From: Thermoplasmata archaeon
GTDB lineage: Archaea > Thermoplasmatota > Thermoplasmata > Thermoplasmatales > GCA-001856825
Direction of reading: 5' to 3'
NCBI GenBank assembly: GCA_049965815.1
Contig: JBMFVV010000001.1
Span: 21,484 to 85,483, forward strand
Length of the DNA stretch: 64,000 nt
Below, in pieces: positions 29,720 through 39,211 of the stretch. A program made the position numbers and the translations under genes. Position 1 is the stretch's first letter. Each line of letters starts with the position of its first letter. Below the pieces are notes generated by a model. The model was not told where the DNA came from. It did not search any database and worked only from the letters and a program-made list of their open reading frames with translations.

Positions 29720-31351
29720 TTAAGTGGATGATCCTGAGCCTGAAGAAGTCGATTCCCCCGTTTTCCTGTTGCCTTTCCTAGAGAACGTTAACATCAACCA
29801 GTAAATGCTCCTAAATATGCCAAATACGCTATTAAGCTCGACCTTGCTGTATTCATACGATTTTCTCCCTCTGGTTTCCATCAGTTCTCTGAAAACATCT
29901 TCAATGTTGGAAAAGGTGTGGTCCATTACTGTATTCACTATGAACTTGGTTATCCTGTTGTTCATCCGCTCTGTCATCTGCGGAAGAACCATCCTAGTTA
30001 ATTCAAGGTCCTTTTCCCAGCTGACATACAGCAATTCCCAGTACTTCCCTGGAAGTTTTTCTAGCTCTGGAAAAGGATTCCTGCTTATCTTTGTAGACGT
30101 GATTGGAATGACCGGCAGAGGGAAGACCCATGCCTTCCCTCCTGAGTCAAATAATTTCTGGACTAGATCTATGCTCTGCTGTACGTCCTCGTCAGTCTCA
30201 TCAGGGAATCCTATTGTCATGGTATAAGCAGGGGTGATGTACGCATAGTTGAGAATCCTCGTCGATTCTAATATTACATTCCCCCAATCCTCTGGTCTGT
30301 ATGGGAAAGGCTTTCCTCTCATGTACTTCGTGATAATTCTTGTGCTGCCACTTTCAAGTCCAACTACAGGTGCCTCACCCCTGTGCTTCTTGTATTCCGC
30401 TATCTCAGAAATTTCCATAACAGTTTCCGGGCTTTCAACAACAGCAGGCGACGAAATATGCGGGAAAAATATCTGTTCCGCTCCCTCTTCCTTGACTCTT
30501 CTAAAAAGTGTAACCACGGCATCCCTGTTTGTTGCATGTCTCTTTGATCCATAAAGGAGGATGTCGTCTGTCAGGAGTTCTATGTTTCTCGCCCCTGCAT
30601 CCAAATTTATCCTGACTTCTTTCAGCACGTCTTCCAGTGGCACGGTTCTGTATGTTTCAGGCGTTATAGAACAGAACTGGCAGCCTCTGGGACAACCCCT
30701 GGTTACCTGAACCTCCCCCAGTCTCGCTGGTTTCACAATTGTTGGGATCTCCTCCACCTTTGCATCTTTACCCCTTACTTCCCTTTGAATACCTGTTCCG
30801 GAATATACTTCCCTGACATATGTTGGGAGATCGACTTCTGCCTCTCCATTGTAGATAGTATCTAGCCAGTCAGGTCTATCCAGGGCAAGCTGCCAAGTTG
30901 CAGGACCACCCGCAAACACCTTGAAATTATATTTCCTCTTCAACCTTGAAATTTCCCGGGATAGTTCGTTGAAGAAAGTGGCGTTCCAGGCTGGTCCACC
31001 GCCAAAAAGCATAGTCAGCTTGAATGAAACTGGGCTTAGCCCATAGGGGTCGTGGACAGTTATTCCCAGAAGTTTTGTATCCTTGTCTATGACCTTTCCA
31101 AGAGCCTCTGGAGGTGCCACCACAACATCCTTGAAACCTGCCTTCAGGAGTATAGCTTCTACCTTTCTCAGTGCATACGGCGCTACTATCGCCTCGCCGT
31201 TGGACTTGTATTTTATTCTAGGAGTAAATAAAGCATCCATCATCAATTTAGGAACAATTCTATCCGGCATGCAGGCAACGTATCCCAGAGTAGAGACTCC
31301 GCCGTAATCAGTAAATGAACCGCGATCAGCGGTGAGAACTACTTCGGTCAT
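29720..31351 (-). CDS. B12-binding radical SAM protein, GDGT ring synthase (GrsA/GrsB-like)
   Basis: VLTADRGSFTDYGG and APYALRKVEA N-terminal motifs recalled from Sulfolobales Grs proteins; TRGCPRGCQFC radical SAM motif. Confidence 0.75.
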   Translation of the reverse strand: MTEVVLTADRGSFTDYGGVSTLGYVACMPDRIVPKLMMDALFTPRIKYKSNGEAIVAPYALRKVEAILLKAGFKDVVVAPPEALGKVIDKDTKLLGITVHDPYGLSPVSFKLTMLFGGGPAWNATFFNELSREISRLKRKYNFKVFAGGPATWQLALDRPDWLDTIYNGEAEVDLPTYVREVYSGTGIQREVRGKDAKVEEIPTIVKPARLGEVQVTRGCPRGCQFCSITPETYRTVPLEDVLKEVRINLDAGARNIELLTDDILLYGSKRHATNRDAVVTLFRRVKEEGAEQIFFPHISSPAVVESPETVMEISEIAEYKKHRGEAPVVGLESGSTRIITKYMRGKPFPYRPEDWGNVILESTRILNYAYITPAYTMTIGFPDETDEDVQQSIDLVQKLFDSGGKAWVFPLPVIPITSTKISRNPFPELEKLPGKYWELLYVSWEKDLELTRMVLPQMTERMNNRITKFIVNTVMDHTFSNIEDVFRELMETRGRKSYEYSKVELNSVFGIFRSIYWLMLTFSRKGNRKTGESTSSGSGSST

Positions 31352-31354
31352 TAT

Positions 31355-31380
31355 ATAGTTATACTATTTATACATAAATA
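31355..31380. promoter_or_regulatory. Back-to-back TATA boxes / candidate MarR operator
   Basis: ATAGT-TAT-ACTAT (31355-31367) overlapping TATTTAT-AC-ATAAATA (31365-31380) in the 45-bp divergent spacer. Confidence 0.5.
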
Positions 31381-31396
31381 ATCATGTTAGTGAAGG

Positions 31397-31855
31397 ATGA
31401 AAAAACATATTGAGTTGCCTGATGAAAGTTCAGAAAACGGGACGGTTGAAGCTCTGAGAAACACATACAGAACGCTGGATAGGAGGATAACCTCCCTGCT
31501 ATCCGCCAGGGGGTTGACGAGACCCCAGTTCTTGGCCTTAAAAGTCGTTTCTGACGGTGTCTCTGTTCCAATGAATAAAATTAGCGACTATCTTTCTGTT
31601 ACGCCTGGAAACGTTACTGGCATTATTGACAGATTAGTAAAAAGCGGAATTCTCAGGAGGAAGGGTAAGGCAGGAGACAGGAGAAAGATAATGATAGAAC
31701 TGACAAGGAAGGGAAAGGAGACATACATGAACGTGCTTTCTTCATACACCAGCTTCCTGGAGAAAGTATTGCAGGAACTGAACGCAAAGGAGAGAAGGGA
31801 ATTGAAGAAACATCTTACCAAACTTGAAGAAGCACTGAACAGAGCCGATATTTAG
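31397..31855 (+). CDS. MarR family transcriptional regulator
   Basis: GLTRPQF, VTPGNVTGIIDRL, DRR...LTRKG wing motif. Confidence 0.93.
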   Translation: MKKHIELPDESSENGTVEALRNTYRTLDRRITSLLSARGLTRPQFLALKVVSDGVSVPMNKISDYLSVTPGNVTGIIDRLVKSGILRRKGKAGDRRKIMIELTRKGKETYMNVLSSYTSFLEKVLQELNAKERRELKKHLTKLEEALNRADI

Positions 31856-32072
31856 CATCTGGAAAGAGAAATATGAACAGGAATACACCTGGATTGGAAA
31901 AAACAATCAGATATGTCTATTCATTATGGTGGAATTTACTTCTTGATATGCTTAGTTTGACTATTGCGGGAAATTTACGCATTTCTTATGGTGCTTTCAA
32001 TCCTGACTTTGCCCTGAAAAGATACAGAATGAACCATAAATACTGTAAGAAGCACGGTTTGGGGGCGCATAA

Positions 32073-32831
32073 GTGGTAGCTCTCAATGAGATCGTTCAAT
32101 CCGATCCCACAAAAATCAGGATGCACAAGAACTGGCACTATACCCTCACCACTGCAGTGGTCGTACTGGCAGTGGCAGTTATGGGCATTCTCAACGGTTA
32201 CATAAGGTTCATAAATATTTCTTCTTACTCTCATCTTAATGTATCCATACCATTCCCGCATCTTCTCGGCGGATACATTGGGATATTCATAATTAGATTA
32301 CTTCCCATTCCGGACTTCATTACTCTACCAGTGATCGGTTACCTGAGTTCTATTGGAATTTTTAACCCAGAAATTGCACTCTTAGCTGCACTGGCAGGAG
32401 CTGTTGTACCTTTCGAATATTTTGCCGGCAGATATGCCGCTAGACCCGTGCTGCTCAAATCAATCAAGTGGGCTGGAGTTAAAGAGGAAAATATCAAGAT
32501 CGCAGAAGACTGGATAATCAGTCACGGCCCCTTTTCAATATTTATCTCAACTTTCATACCGTATTTCTACTCAGCAGTGGCCCTTGCAGCTGGCATCCTC
32601 AGAATGAAGTTTATTCCTTACTTCCTGTCAACAGTGGCAGGTTTCGGGATCAGATATGCAATCCTTGAAGCTGCCGGGTATTATGGAGTGTATATACTGA
32701 CTCCTGAGTATGATTTCACCCATAGGAACGATCTTTTTGCAATTCTGCTGATTTCGCTTGCGGTCATAGCGATATATATGATCCAGAGCATCAGGCATTT
32801 AAAAAGAAGCAAACTTACCGTTGATCATTGA
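32073..32831 (+). CDS. DedA/VTT family membrane protein
   Basis: LPIPD..LPVIGYL, YFAGR, AEDW...G, FIP, AAGILRM; start may be ATG 32121. Confidence 0.8.
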   Translation: MVALNEIVQSDPTKIRMHKNWHYTLTTAVVVLAVAVMGILNGYIRFINISSYSHLNVSIPFPHLLGGYIGIFIIRLLPIPDFITLPVIGYLSSIGIFNPEIALLAALAGAVVPFEYFAGRYAARPVLLKSIKWAGVKEENIKIAEDWIISHGPFSIFISTFIPYFYSAVALAAGILRMKFIPYFLSTVAGFGIRYAILEAAGYYGVYILTPEYDFTHRNDLFAILLISLAVIAIYMIQSIRHLKRSKLTVDH

Positions 32832-32843
32832 AGAATGATGGGA

Positions 32844-32917
32844 GGCCGGGACCGGGATTTGAACCCGGGTCCGGGGATCCACAGTCCCCAAGGATGCACC
32901 GCTACCCCATCCCGGCC
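32844..32917 (-). tRNA. tRNA-His (GTG) with genome-encoded G-1
   Basis: G-GCCGGGA...GGGGA-CTGTGGA-TCCCC...GGTTCAAATCC...TCCCGGC-C. Confidence 0.95.
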
Positions 32918-32959
32918 ATATTTCCTCAAACGCTTCCTTCCTAAAATATTTACCAAAGG

Positions 32960-33643
32960 GTGAAATTCAGATTAATGTCACCCGAGAGAGCTATTTTCCT
33001 AGACTTCTCCAATACTATAACCACTGTGGAATCCGAAAACAAATCCATATTTAAGTGGTTGGATTTGATAAGTAAAAAGTATAATATTACAACTGACATT
33101 CGCTCTGACTTTTCTAAGATGAGACTGGAAAAGCTTGATGACAGGGAAAAGAGATTTAGGACTTTCATGCAGATCAATCATGAAGTGCTTTCAGAACTGT
33201 ACAACATATCTGAGATTTACGAGGAAGAATACTATGAATTCCATGAAGAGAATCTTAAGCTAAGACCTGACTTCATTGATTTCGTTACGTCTGCAAGGGA
33301 CAACTTCCAGATCGTCATGGTGACGGATGCAGATAACATTTACACAGAAAGAACGCTCTCTGCACTTGGAATCACAGAATATTTTGATTCTATAGTCACA
33401 GCAGAGTCCGTGAGGGCGCCCAAACCTGACCCAATAATATTCAAAACTGCACTGAAAGAGGCTCACAACCCTACAAAGGTTATTTACGTAGGCGACTCAG
33501 AGAGGAGGGACATAGAGGGTGCAAAGAGGATGAACTTCTTCACACTCAAAATGGAGGATACGCCCAGCCCTACCGTAGCCGATAGAATAGTTCACTGTTT
33601 CGAAGACGTTACCAATATAATCAATGACGGGAACCTGCTTTAG
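32960..33643 (+). CDS. HAD-superfamily hydrolase
   Basis: FLDFSNT, VTD, PKPDP, YVGDSERRD; start may be ATG 32975. Confidence 0.88.
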   Translation: MKFRLMSPERAIFLDFSNTITTVESENKSIFKWLDLISKKYNITTDIRSDFSKMRLEKLDDREKRFRTFMQINHEVLSELYNISEIYEEEYYEFHEENLKLRPDFIDFVTSARDNFQIVMVTDADNIYTERTLSALGITEYFDSIVTAESVRAPKPDPIIFKTALKEAHNPTKVIYVGDSERRDIEGAKRMNFFTLKMEDTPSPTVADRIVHCFEDVTNIINDGNLL

Positions 33644-33670
33644 TGAAACTCCAGGCGCCCAGATAGAGGC

Positions 33671-34408
33671 TTAAAATGACCTTATTACCCTGACGATGTT
33701 CCCCACAATTTCCTCTATGTCGCCCGGTGCAGCATTTTTTTCTTCCTCTACCACTACCTCAGTCTGGTTGGAACAGCGATTATCGCTTATCGTATCCCCT
33801 GGGAAAAGTTGTACGAATTGTGCGAATGTCGATATAGCCACCTCAACAGTCCTTATGTAACTTGGATTGGGAGAATACCCCTTGAGACCGGATGATGTCT
33901 GCCTATCATAATCCACAACCTGCTTTGGATCATACCCTATGCAGAAAGAGCCAGCCTTCTCAAACATAGCCCCGAAGAGGACACCATTTGAAGGAGGGGA
34001 CCTTTCTGAAAATCCCCCTTCAAGGACGCTCCAAGACTGCCCTGGGTCCAGTGTAAATAGAAAGGCTATTATCCTGTTACCCCCACCGAAATCGACTATA
34101 CCAAGCGGCATCGTGTTCCTGTCAGTTCCCCTGTTGGCCAGTGGAGTGAGCTGCGTTCCCCACGTTGACACCCCATTTTCCACGTAAATTGGGAAATATG
34201 CATTCCCAAAGAAATAACCAGACCTGTACAGGACTGCAGTTTCTTGGAACGCTGAGTTATTACTCAAGTTCCATGAAACTATTCCCATCAGTTTGTTGTA
34301 CCAGGACCAGTTTGCTGTTATGCTAGTTGAAATGCTCTCAACCTGACTTCCAATCCCCATTTCGAACTGCCCGGAGACCCTTGGTATAGAGCCACTTGTG
34401 ATAACCAT
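33671..34408 (-). CDS. Hypothetical protein (245 aa, aromatic/beta-rich)
   Basis: Long ORF, no family recognised. Confidence 0.7.
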   Translation of the reverse strand: MVITSGSIPRVSGQFEMGIGSQVESISTSITANWSWYNKLMGIVSWNLSNNSAFQETAVLYRSGYFFGNAYFPIYVENGVSTWGTQLTPLANRGTDRNTMPLGIVDFGGGNRIIAFLFTLDPGQSWSVLEGGFSERSPPSNGVLFGAMFEKAGSFCIGYDPKQVVDYDRQTSSGLKGYSPNPSYIRTVEVAISTFAQFVQLFPGDTISDNRCSNQTEVVVEEEKNAAPGDIEEIVGNIVRVIRSF

Positions 34409-34498
34409 CTAATTCATACCTAATAACATAAATTTCAACTTAATACTTTGGTAGACCTTGCCATTGACGATCCAGGTACCGGTTCCCTGAAATTCAGG

Positions 34499-35011
34499 CT
34501 AAAGGTAGTAGTACATTTGCATAAGGTCATAGTAGCTTTCTCCCCTCTTCACTGCCCTAGGAAGAGTACCGTATTCGACGAAACCTAGTTTCCTATAGAG
34601 GTTTATGGCTGCAGAATTTACTGAAAATACCTCCAGTTTCAGCATCTCGAATTTTCCCTTGGAGAGTTCTATGGCCTTATTCATCATCAATTCTCCCAGC
34701 CCCCTCCCCCTGTATTCTTTCCTAATTGCAATTCCGAGAACTGCTGAGTGTTCCAATTCCGTACCGGGTCTTGTTCTCTGGACATCACATAATCCTACTG
34801 CCTTTCTGTCCTCTTCTGCTACCACTGCTATGGCGTCACCAGCTATCACGCTTCTGTATAGACTTGAAAACCATTCTACCTCTGACGAGTAATCAGGTTT
34901 CTTCTTGTAGAATGATATACCAAAGTCAGGAGTGTATTTCAATTCGTCATAGTAAGAGTAATAATTGGCTACCAAGTCCCCTAAGTCATTCCACTCTAGC
35001 TCTCTTATCAT
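34499..35011 (-). CDS. GNAT acetyltransferase
   Basis: EYRGRGLG motif A, LEVFSVNSAAINLYRKLGF; ATG at 35011. Confidence 0.9.
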   Translation of the reverse strand: MIRELEWNDLGDLVANYYSYYDELKYTPDFGISFYKKKPDYSSEVEWFSSLYRSVIAGDAIAVVAEEDRKAVGLCDVQRTRPGTELEHSAVLGIAIRKEYRGRGLGELMMNKAIELSKGKFEMLKLEVFSVNSAAINLYRKLGFVEYGTLPRAVKRGESYYDLMQMYYYL

Positions 35012-35092
35012 ACCCCTTGTAAAAGGAAGAGATATAAAACATTTCAATGTCTGTCTGAAGTTTCTGTACCATTCACAATTCCTAAAATCATT

Positions 35093-35647
35093 CTATACTG
35101 ATTTCAGGAATTCATCTGTTGTAATGACAGGCATCAGTCTCGACATATTCTGAAGGCTCCTTTCATGCGCCTCCTTATCCCTAGATGATACTGCATCCTT
35201 TACTATGATTGTGATGAAACCCAAATTCTGGCCGTGCCTTGCAGAAGTTTCGACTCCAATTTCAGTGGCAATTCCTGTGAAGTATAACGCGTTAATGCCA
35301 GCATTTCTGATCATCAATTCAAAATTTGTACCTATGAATAAACTGGCTGTGTTCTTATTTATAACAATATCAGACTTTTCAGGATACACTTCCTTGACGA
35401 TATCTCCCAGTTCGAACTTGCCGAAGCCCGCAGCCCTTCTGAGAGGTGATTCGAATCTGTCGGGTAAGGGAGTTATTTTTGAGTAGAATATAGGGATATT
35501 TATTTCCCTAGCCCTCTTAATGATCTTAGCGAGGTTGGATAAAAATTCTTCCCTGTTAAATATGGATGAAACCAGTGCCTCCTGAACATCCCAAACGACC
35601 AGTGCACTCTTTTCCCTCTTTATCTGGCTCTGTATATTTTGAAACAC
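35093..35647 (-). CDS. Isochorismatase-family hydrolase
   Basis: [33 protein letters not shown]. Confidence 0.88.
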   Translation of the reverse strand: MFQNIQSQIKREKSALVVWDVQEALVSSIFNREEFLSNLAKIIKRAREINIPIFYSKITPLPDRFESPLRRAAGFGKFELGDIVKEVYPEKSDIVINKNTASLFIGTNFELMIRNAGINALYFTGIATEIGVETSARHGQNLGFITIIVKDAVSSRDKEAHERSLQNMSRLMPVITTDEFLKSV

Positions 35648-35763
35648 TGTTTCATATGCCCTCTTTTTTCATATAATTTTTGATTTGGAAATCAAATGAT
35701 CGCCATTACTGTGTTCATACTGGCGAGCATTAAGCTTAAAAATTAACTGCTCATGCCCACTAG

Positions 35764-36555
35764 TTGGAAATACGAACCGGGTGTTCAGGATGGAGCTACA
35801 GCCAGTGGGTTGGCACCTTCTATCCGATGGGGACTAAGACCAGTGATTATCTGAAGATATACTCCAGAATATTCGATATAGTGGAGATTGATTCAAGTTT
35901 CTACCGCATTCCTGATCCACGTACGGTTGAAAATTGGTTTGATGCCGTACCTGAAAATTTCTCATTTACGGCGAAGATGCCTCAAACAGTGACACATGAC
36001 CTGAGGTTAAAGAATGCATCAGACGAGGCAAGGAAATTCATCGATGTGATCGCAAAATTGGGAGATAAGCTTAGAGCAATCCTCATTCAGCTTCCTCCGT
36101 CACTGACGTTCGAAGAGGGGTACAAAAATCTGAAGAACTTGATTGATAATCTTCCCTCTGGCCCCAGCTACTCAGTAGAGATGAGACACGATTCATGGTT
36201 TGTTGATGATACATTCTCCATGCTGAGGGAAAGGAGAGTGGGCGTTGCGTGGTCAGAGATACCGTATGCCCATGTCCCTGCAGTTGTCACATCTGACACA
36301 GTTTATCTCCGGTTTGTGGGTGATAGGTCCATAAGAGAGAATGAATTTGGGAAAGTCCTAAAAGATAGAAGTGTTGAAATAGGATCATGGGCCAGGGAAC
36401 TGAAGAAGAAGGAAGATATGGTAAAGCATGCATTCATCCTAAGCAACAATCACTTCCAGGGATTTGGCCCTGCAACTGTCAATCTTTTCAGGAAGATGTC
36501 AGGCCTTAATACAATAGACTGGACAACCAGGACAGGTCAGACAACACTTCTCTGA
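35764..36555 (+). CDS. DUF72 (UPF0759/YecE) family protein
   Basis: GCSGWSY..W.GTFYP, VEIDSSFY, KMPQTVTH, QLPPS, EMRHDSW, YLRFVG, NNH. Confidence 0.9.
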   Translation: MEIRTGCSGWSYSQWVGTFYPMGTKTSDYLKIYSRIFDIVEIDSSFYRIPDPRTVENWFDAVPENFSFTAKMPQTVTHDLRLKNASDEARKFIDVIAKLGDKLRAILIQLPPSLTFEEGYKNLKNLIDNLPSGPSYSVEMRHDSWFVDDTFSMLRERRVGVAWSEIPYAHVPAVVTSDTVYLRFVGDRSIRENEFGKVLKDRSVEIGSWARELKKKEDMVKHAFILSNNHFQGFGPATVNLFRKMSGLNTIDWTTRTGQTTLL

Positions 36556-36624
36556 TTGCTGCCGTACTTTCTGAATTAGATAACGCTGGGTAATCTCAGA
36601 TGGTCAATAGATGAGATATGAATA

Positions 36625-37698
36625 TTATAGGATTACCTGGTTGAACAGTGGACCAGAACTTGTTGAGCTATCTTCGTCATAGGGAACAATGCCCTTTGTA
36701 GTTATCTTGAAGAGGAATGGACTGGAATTATAGCCACCTCCATTCATCTTGACAATTGAAGCCTTCTTGACCTCTGAACCATTACCAACGTCTTCCAGTT
36801 TTATGAGTCCGGAGACAAAAGACTGTTCGAGACCAAATGCTGAAGTGTCACTCTTGCCAATTCCGCTAGTAACTAGGGTATAAGCTTGGGGTATTGATAT
36901 TGCACGGAAGAAGAGGTTGAGGAAATCATTATCGGGTATGATCAGCGGAGTGACAGGGTCTATAACCAATCTAGTCACTTCGAATTCAGCGACAAGTGTC
37001 TTCAGTTGATTAGTCAGAGTACGGATATAGCTGATCATAGATTGATACTCGTTTGTTACGTTTGCCTTAAGCTTCATTATGCGGTCGCTGATCTCAAGTA
37101 CCTCAATTACTCCATTGGCGTAGTAATTTCTGAATCCGTGGGAAAACGTCTCTATTTGGGATATGAAATTACGTCCCTGCCTGTCGGTTAGAATTATCAT
37201 CCCCTTCTCTCCCCTTTTTGCTCCTTCTGCTAGAAATTGTGAACAAATGGCCGTCTTGCCTGTTCCTGGACCGCCAGATATCATGTAGACGCTCCCTTTC
37301 CTTATCAGCCTTCCAACGTCTTCGTCGAATTTCTGGATACCAATTATGGAGTTTGTAGCCTTCTCGTAATTACTTTTGACAACAGTTATGTTGCAGACTC
37401 TTGCAAGATTCAGTTCAGACTTGTTCAGTTCCCTGTCAGTTGCTATAGCCTTCAGTTGTATGCCGCAGTCGCGTGCTATGGCGTTGAATTCCATGATGTC
37501 ACTGATTAGGTCCTCTGAAACGTCCTGAAGAACCGCAATCTTGTTTCTTTCATCTTCCTTGGATGTAAGCACAAGGTCGAACTTGTGTTCAATACCAGAC
37601 CTTCCCCTAAGCTTAACATCAACTCCATAGGTGAAATCGTCCCCAAGTGAGAATTCTTGGGCGACCTTGTACACATCTGTCTGCGATTCTGACATCAT
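36625..37698 (-). CDS. Restriction-endonuclease-like (Mrr-type) domain fused to a KaiC/RAD55 ATPase
   Basis: N-terminal LRGRSGIEHKFDLV; C-terminal SGGPGTGKT, RLVIDP, IVKM. Confidence 0.75.
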   Translation of the reverse strand: MMSESQTDVYKVAQEFSLGDDFTYGVDVKLRGRSGIEHKFDLVLTSKEDERNKIAVLQDVSEDLISDIMEFNAIARDCGIQLKAIATDRELNKSELNLARVCNITVVKSNYEKATNSIIGIQKFDEDVGRLIRKGSVYMISGGPGTGKTAICSQFLAEGAKRGEKGMIILTDRQGRNFISQIETFSHGFRNYYANGVIEVLEISDRIMKLKANVTNEYQSMISYIRTLTNQLKTLVAEFEVTRLVIDPVTPLIIPDNDFLNLFFRAISIPQAYTLVTSGIGKSDTSAFGLEQSFVSGLIKLEDVGNGSEVKKASIVKMNGGGYNSSPFLFKITTKGIVPYDEDSSTSSGPLFNQVIL

Positions 37699-37849
37699 TT
37701 TTTAGATAATACCAACTGGGGATTTAAATGGTTTGCCTATTTAAACATTCTCGTAATGAATTGACTACATTCTTTTTCGTGGAATAACTGCAATTATCCT
37801 TACTTTAGTTTTAGCAATCCAGTTTTAAAATAGCGAAATGAACCATCTA

Positions 37850-39211
37850 CTACTTCCCTTTGTTTGTTCTTCCTGTCACTGCCAGTCTCAGACCCTTCCA
37901 CGTTATCTCAAAACCGGCTGCGCGCAACCCTTCATCCGGCGGGATCCCCATGAAATCTAGGTAATCCACCATGGCCTGATCATCTGGATATAGGGAATTA
38001 AGATGTGAGATTATCTTTTGCGTAATTTCAGGTAGTTTACCCTTTGGCCTTTGCACTGCTTCTGGTTTATCATCTCTGTTCTCTCTTGATTTTTCGCTTG
38101 GATATTTCTGTGCTAGGTACTCTCTGATTCTCCACCAGTCAACATCCTCCTTGAAGCAGATAGCTCCCTTTGGGCACTTTTCCTTGCTTTCAAGTAGGCA
38201 GAACACCTCTGCCGGCACCCCTGCATTCCTGATCTTTGTTACCTTGAGCTGTTCATCTTCATAGTACGTAAGAGGTGATACGAATATTGCAACCTCACTA
38301 TCCCCTGATCTTATGGCATATTCAGGCGTCATTATAGTCCCTTCAATTTCAATAGATTTTGGATTGCTATTTACGAATGACGGGAGACGTTCATCCGTAA
38401 CGTCTTCCTTGAGTATAAGATCAGAAATTGATTCATCTATATGGTAGATGAAATCATCCTTTTTCTTCCTCCCCGCACTGTTTTTGAGGGATACGGATGC
38501 ATTGATCTCCCAATCGTCATGTGACAGTACATATCGCACAAACAATGCAAGTTTTACTCCGTACCGCTCGCTCCTTTCAAAAATAGAAACAGGTCCGTTT
38601 ACCCTGATTATATGTCTGTCATCTTCTACTCTCTCCTCGTAGAGCAACCCCTTCGTTCTGAGGTTCCTTATGAAATCGTTCAAGTGATTCCTGGTTGCAA
38701 CCTCAACCCACAAGGATTTCATTATAACGGTCTCTATCTGTTCCCCGTTGAACTTTTTTGCCAGTATGTCTGGTGAAGCATTGAATGGCGAGGCAAGGAT
38801 CATGTTGCTCTCCTTGTCTCCGTAAATTGCATCGTCAACTTCTTGAATGGTGGCTGACATGGAAGATGCAACCCTCTCCAGAACGGCTTTCCTCTCCTCA
38901 GGGTTTACCACTGGCTTCCTTGCTATTGAGAATATTGCTTTCCTCACAGCCTCTGCATCCAGTGGGGATGGTTTCCTGAACTCTGAGGCCCTGAACATTA
39001 TGAGAGCCAGCCCTCTCAATATTTTTGGATTCTGTACCTTGAGCTCCACAGTCTTCAGTTCTTCCTCGATCTCCCCTCTGCTTCTGCCTTTACTCCTTGA
39101 GAATAAATCAATTATTGAAGTGCAGTAATCGCTGTTCTCTTCCGTAAGGAACACAGATCTCAGCGTTCCCTTCTTGCTTCTTCTAACTGACATCAGTTGA
39201 GTCGGGAACAC
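37850..39211 (-). CDS. bax1: Bax1 (DUF790) XPB partner nuclease
   Basis: FPTQL start, KILRGLA, AIYGD, VNGPVSIF...ERYG; overlaps the xpb 3' end; GTG 39211. Confidence 0.85.
   Translation of the reverse strand: MFPTQLMSVRRSKKGTLRSVFLTEENSDYCTSIIDLFSRSKGRSRGEIEEELKTVELKVQNPKILRGLALIMFRASEFRKPSPLDAEAVRKAIFSIARKPVVNPEERKAVLERVASSMSATIQEVDDAIYGDKESNMILASPFNASPDILAKKFNGEQIETVIMKSLWVEVATRNHLNDFIRNLRTKGLLYEERVEDDRHIIRVNGPVSIFERSERYGVKLALFVRYVLSHDDWEINASVSLKNSAGRKKKDDFIYHIDESISDLILKEDVTDERLPSFVNSNPKSIEIEGTIMTPEYAIRSGDSEVAIFVSPLTYYEDEQLKVTKIRNAGVPAEVFCLLESKEKCPKGAICFKEDVDWWRIREYLAQKYPSEKSRENRDDKPEAVQRPKGKLPEITQKIISHLNSLYPDDQAMVDYLDFMGIPPDEGLRAAGFEITWKGLRLAVTGRTNKGK

Noticed and set aside
31873-32079. 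68-aa ORF between marR and dedA
   Set aside because: No recognisable motif or SD; a microprotein cannot be excluded but there is no support
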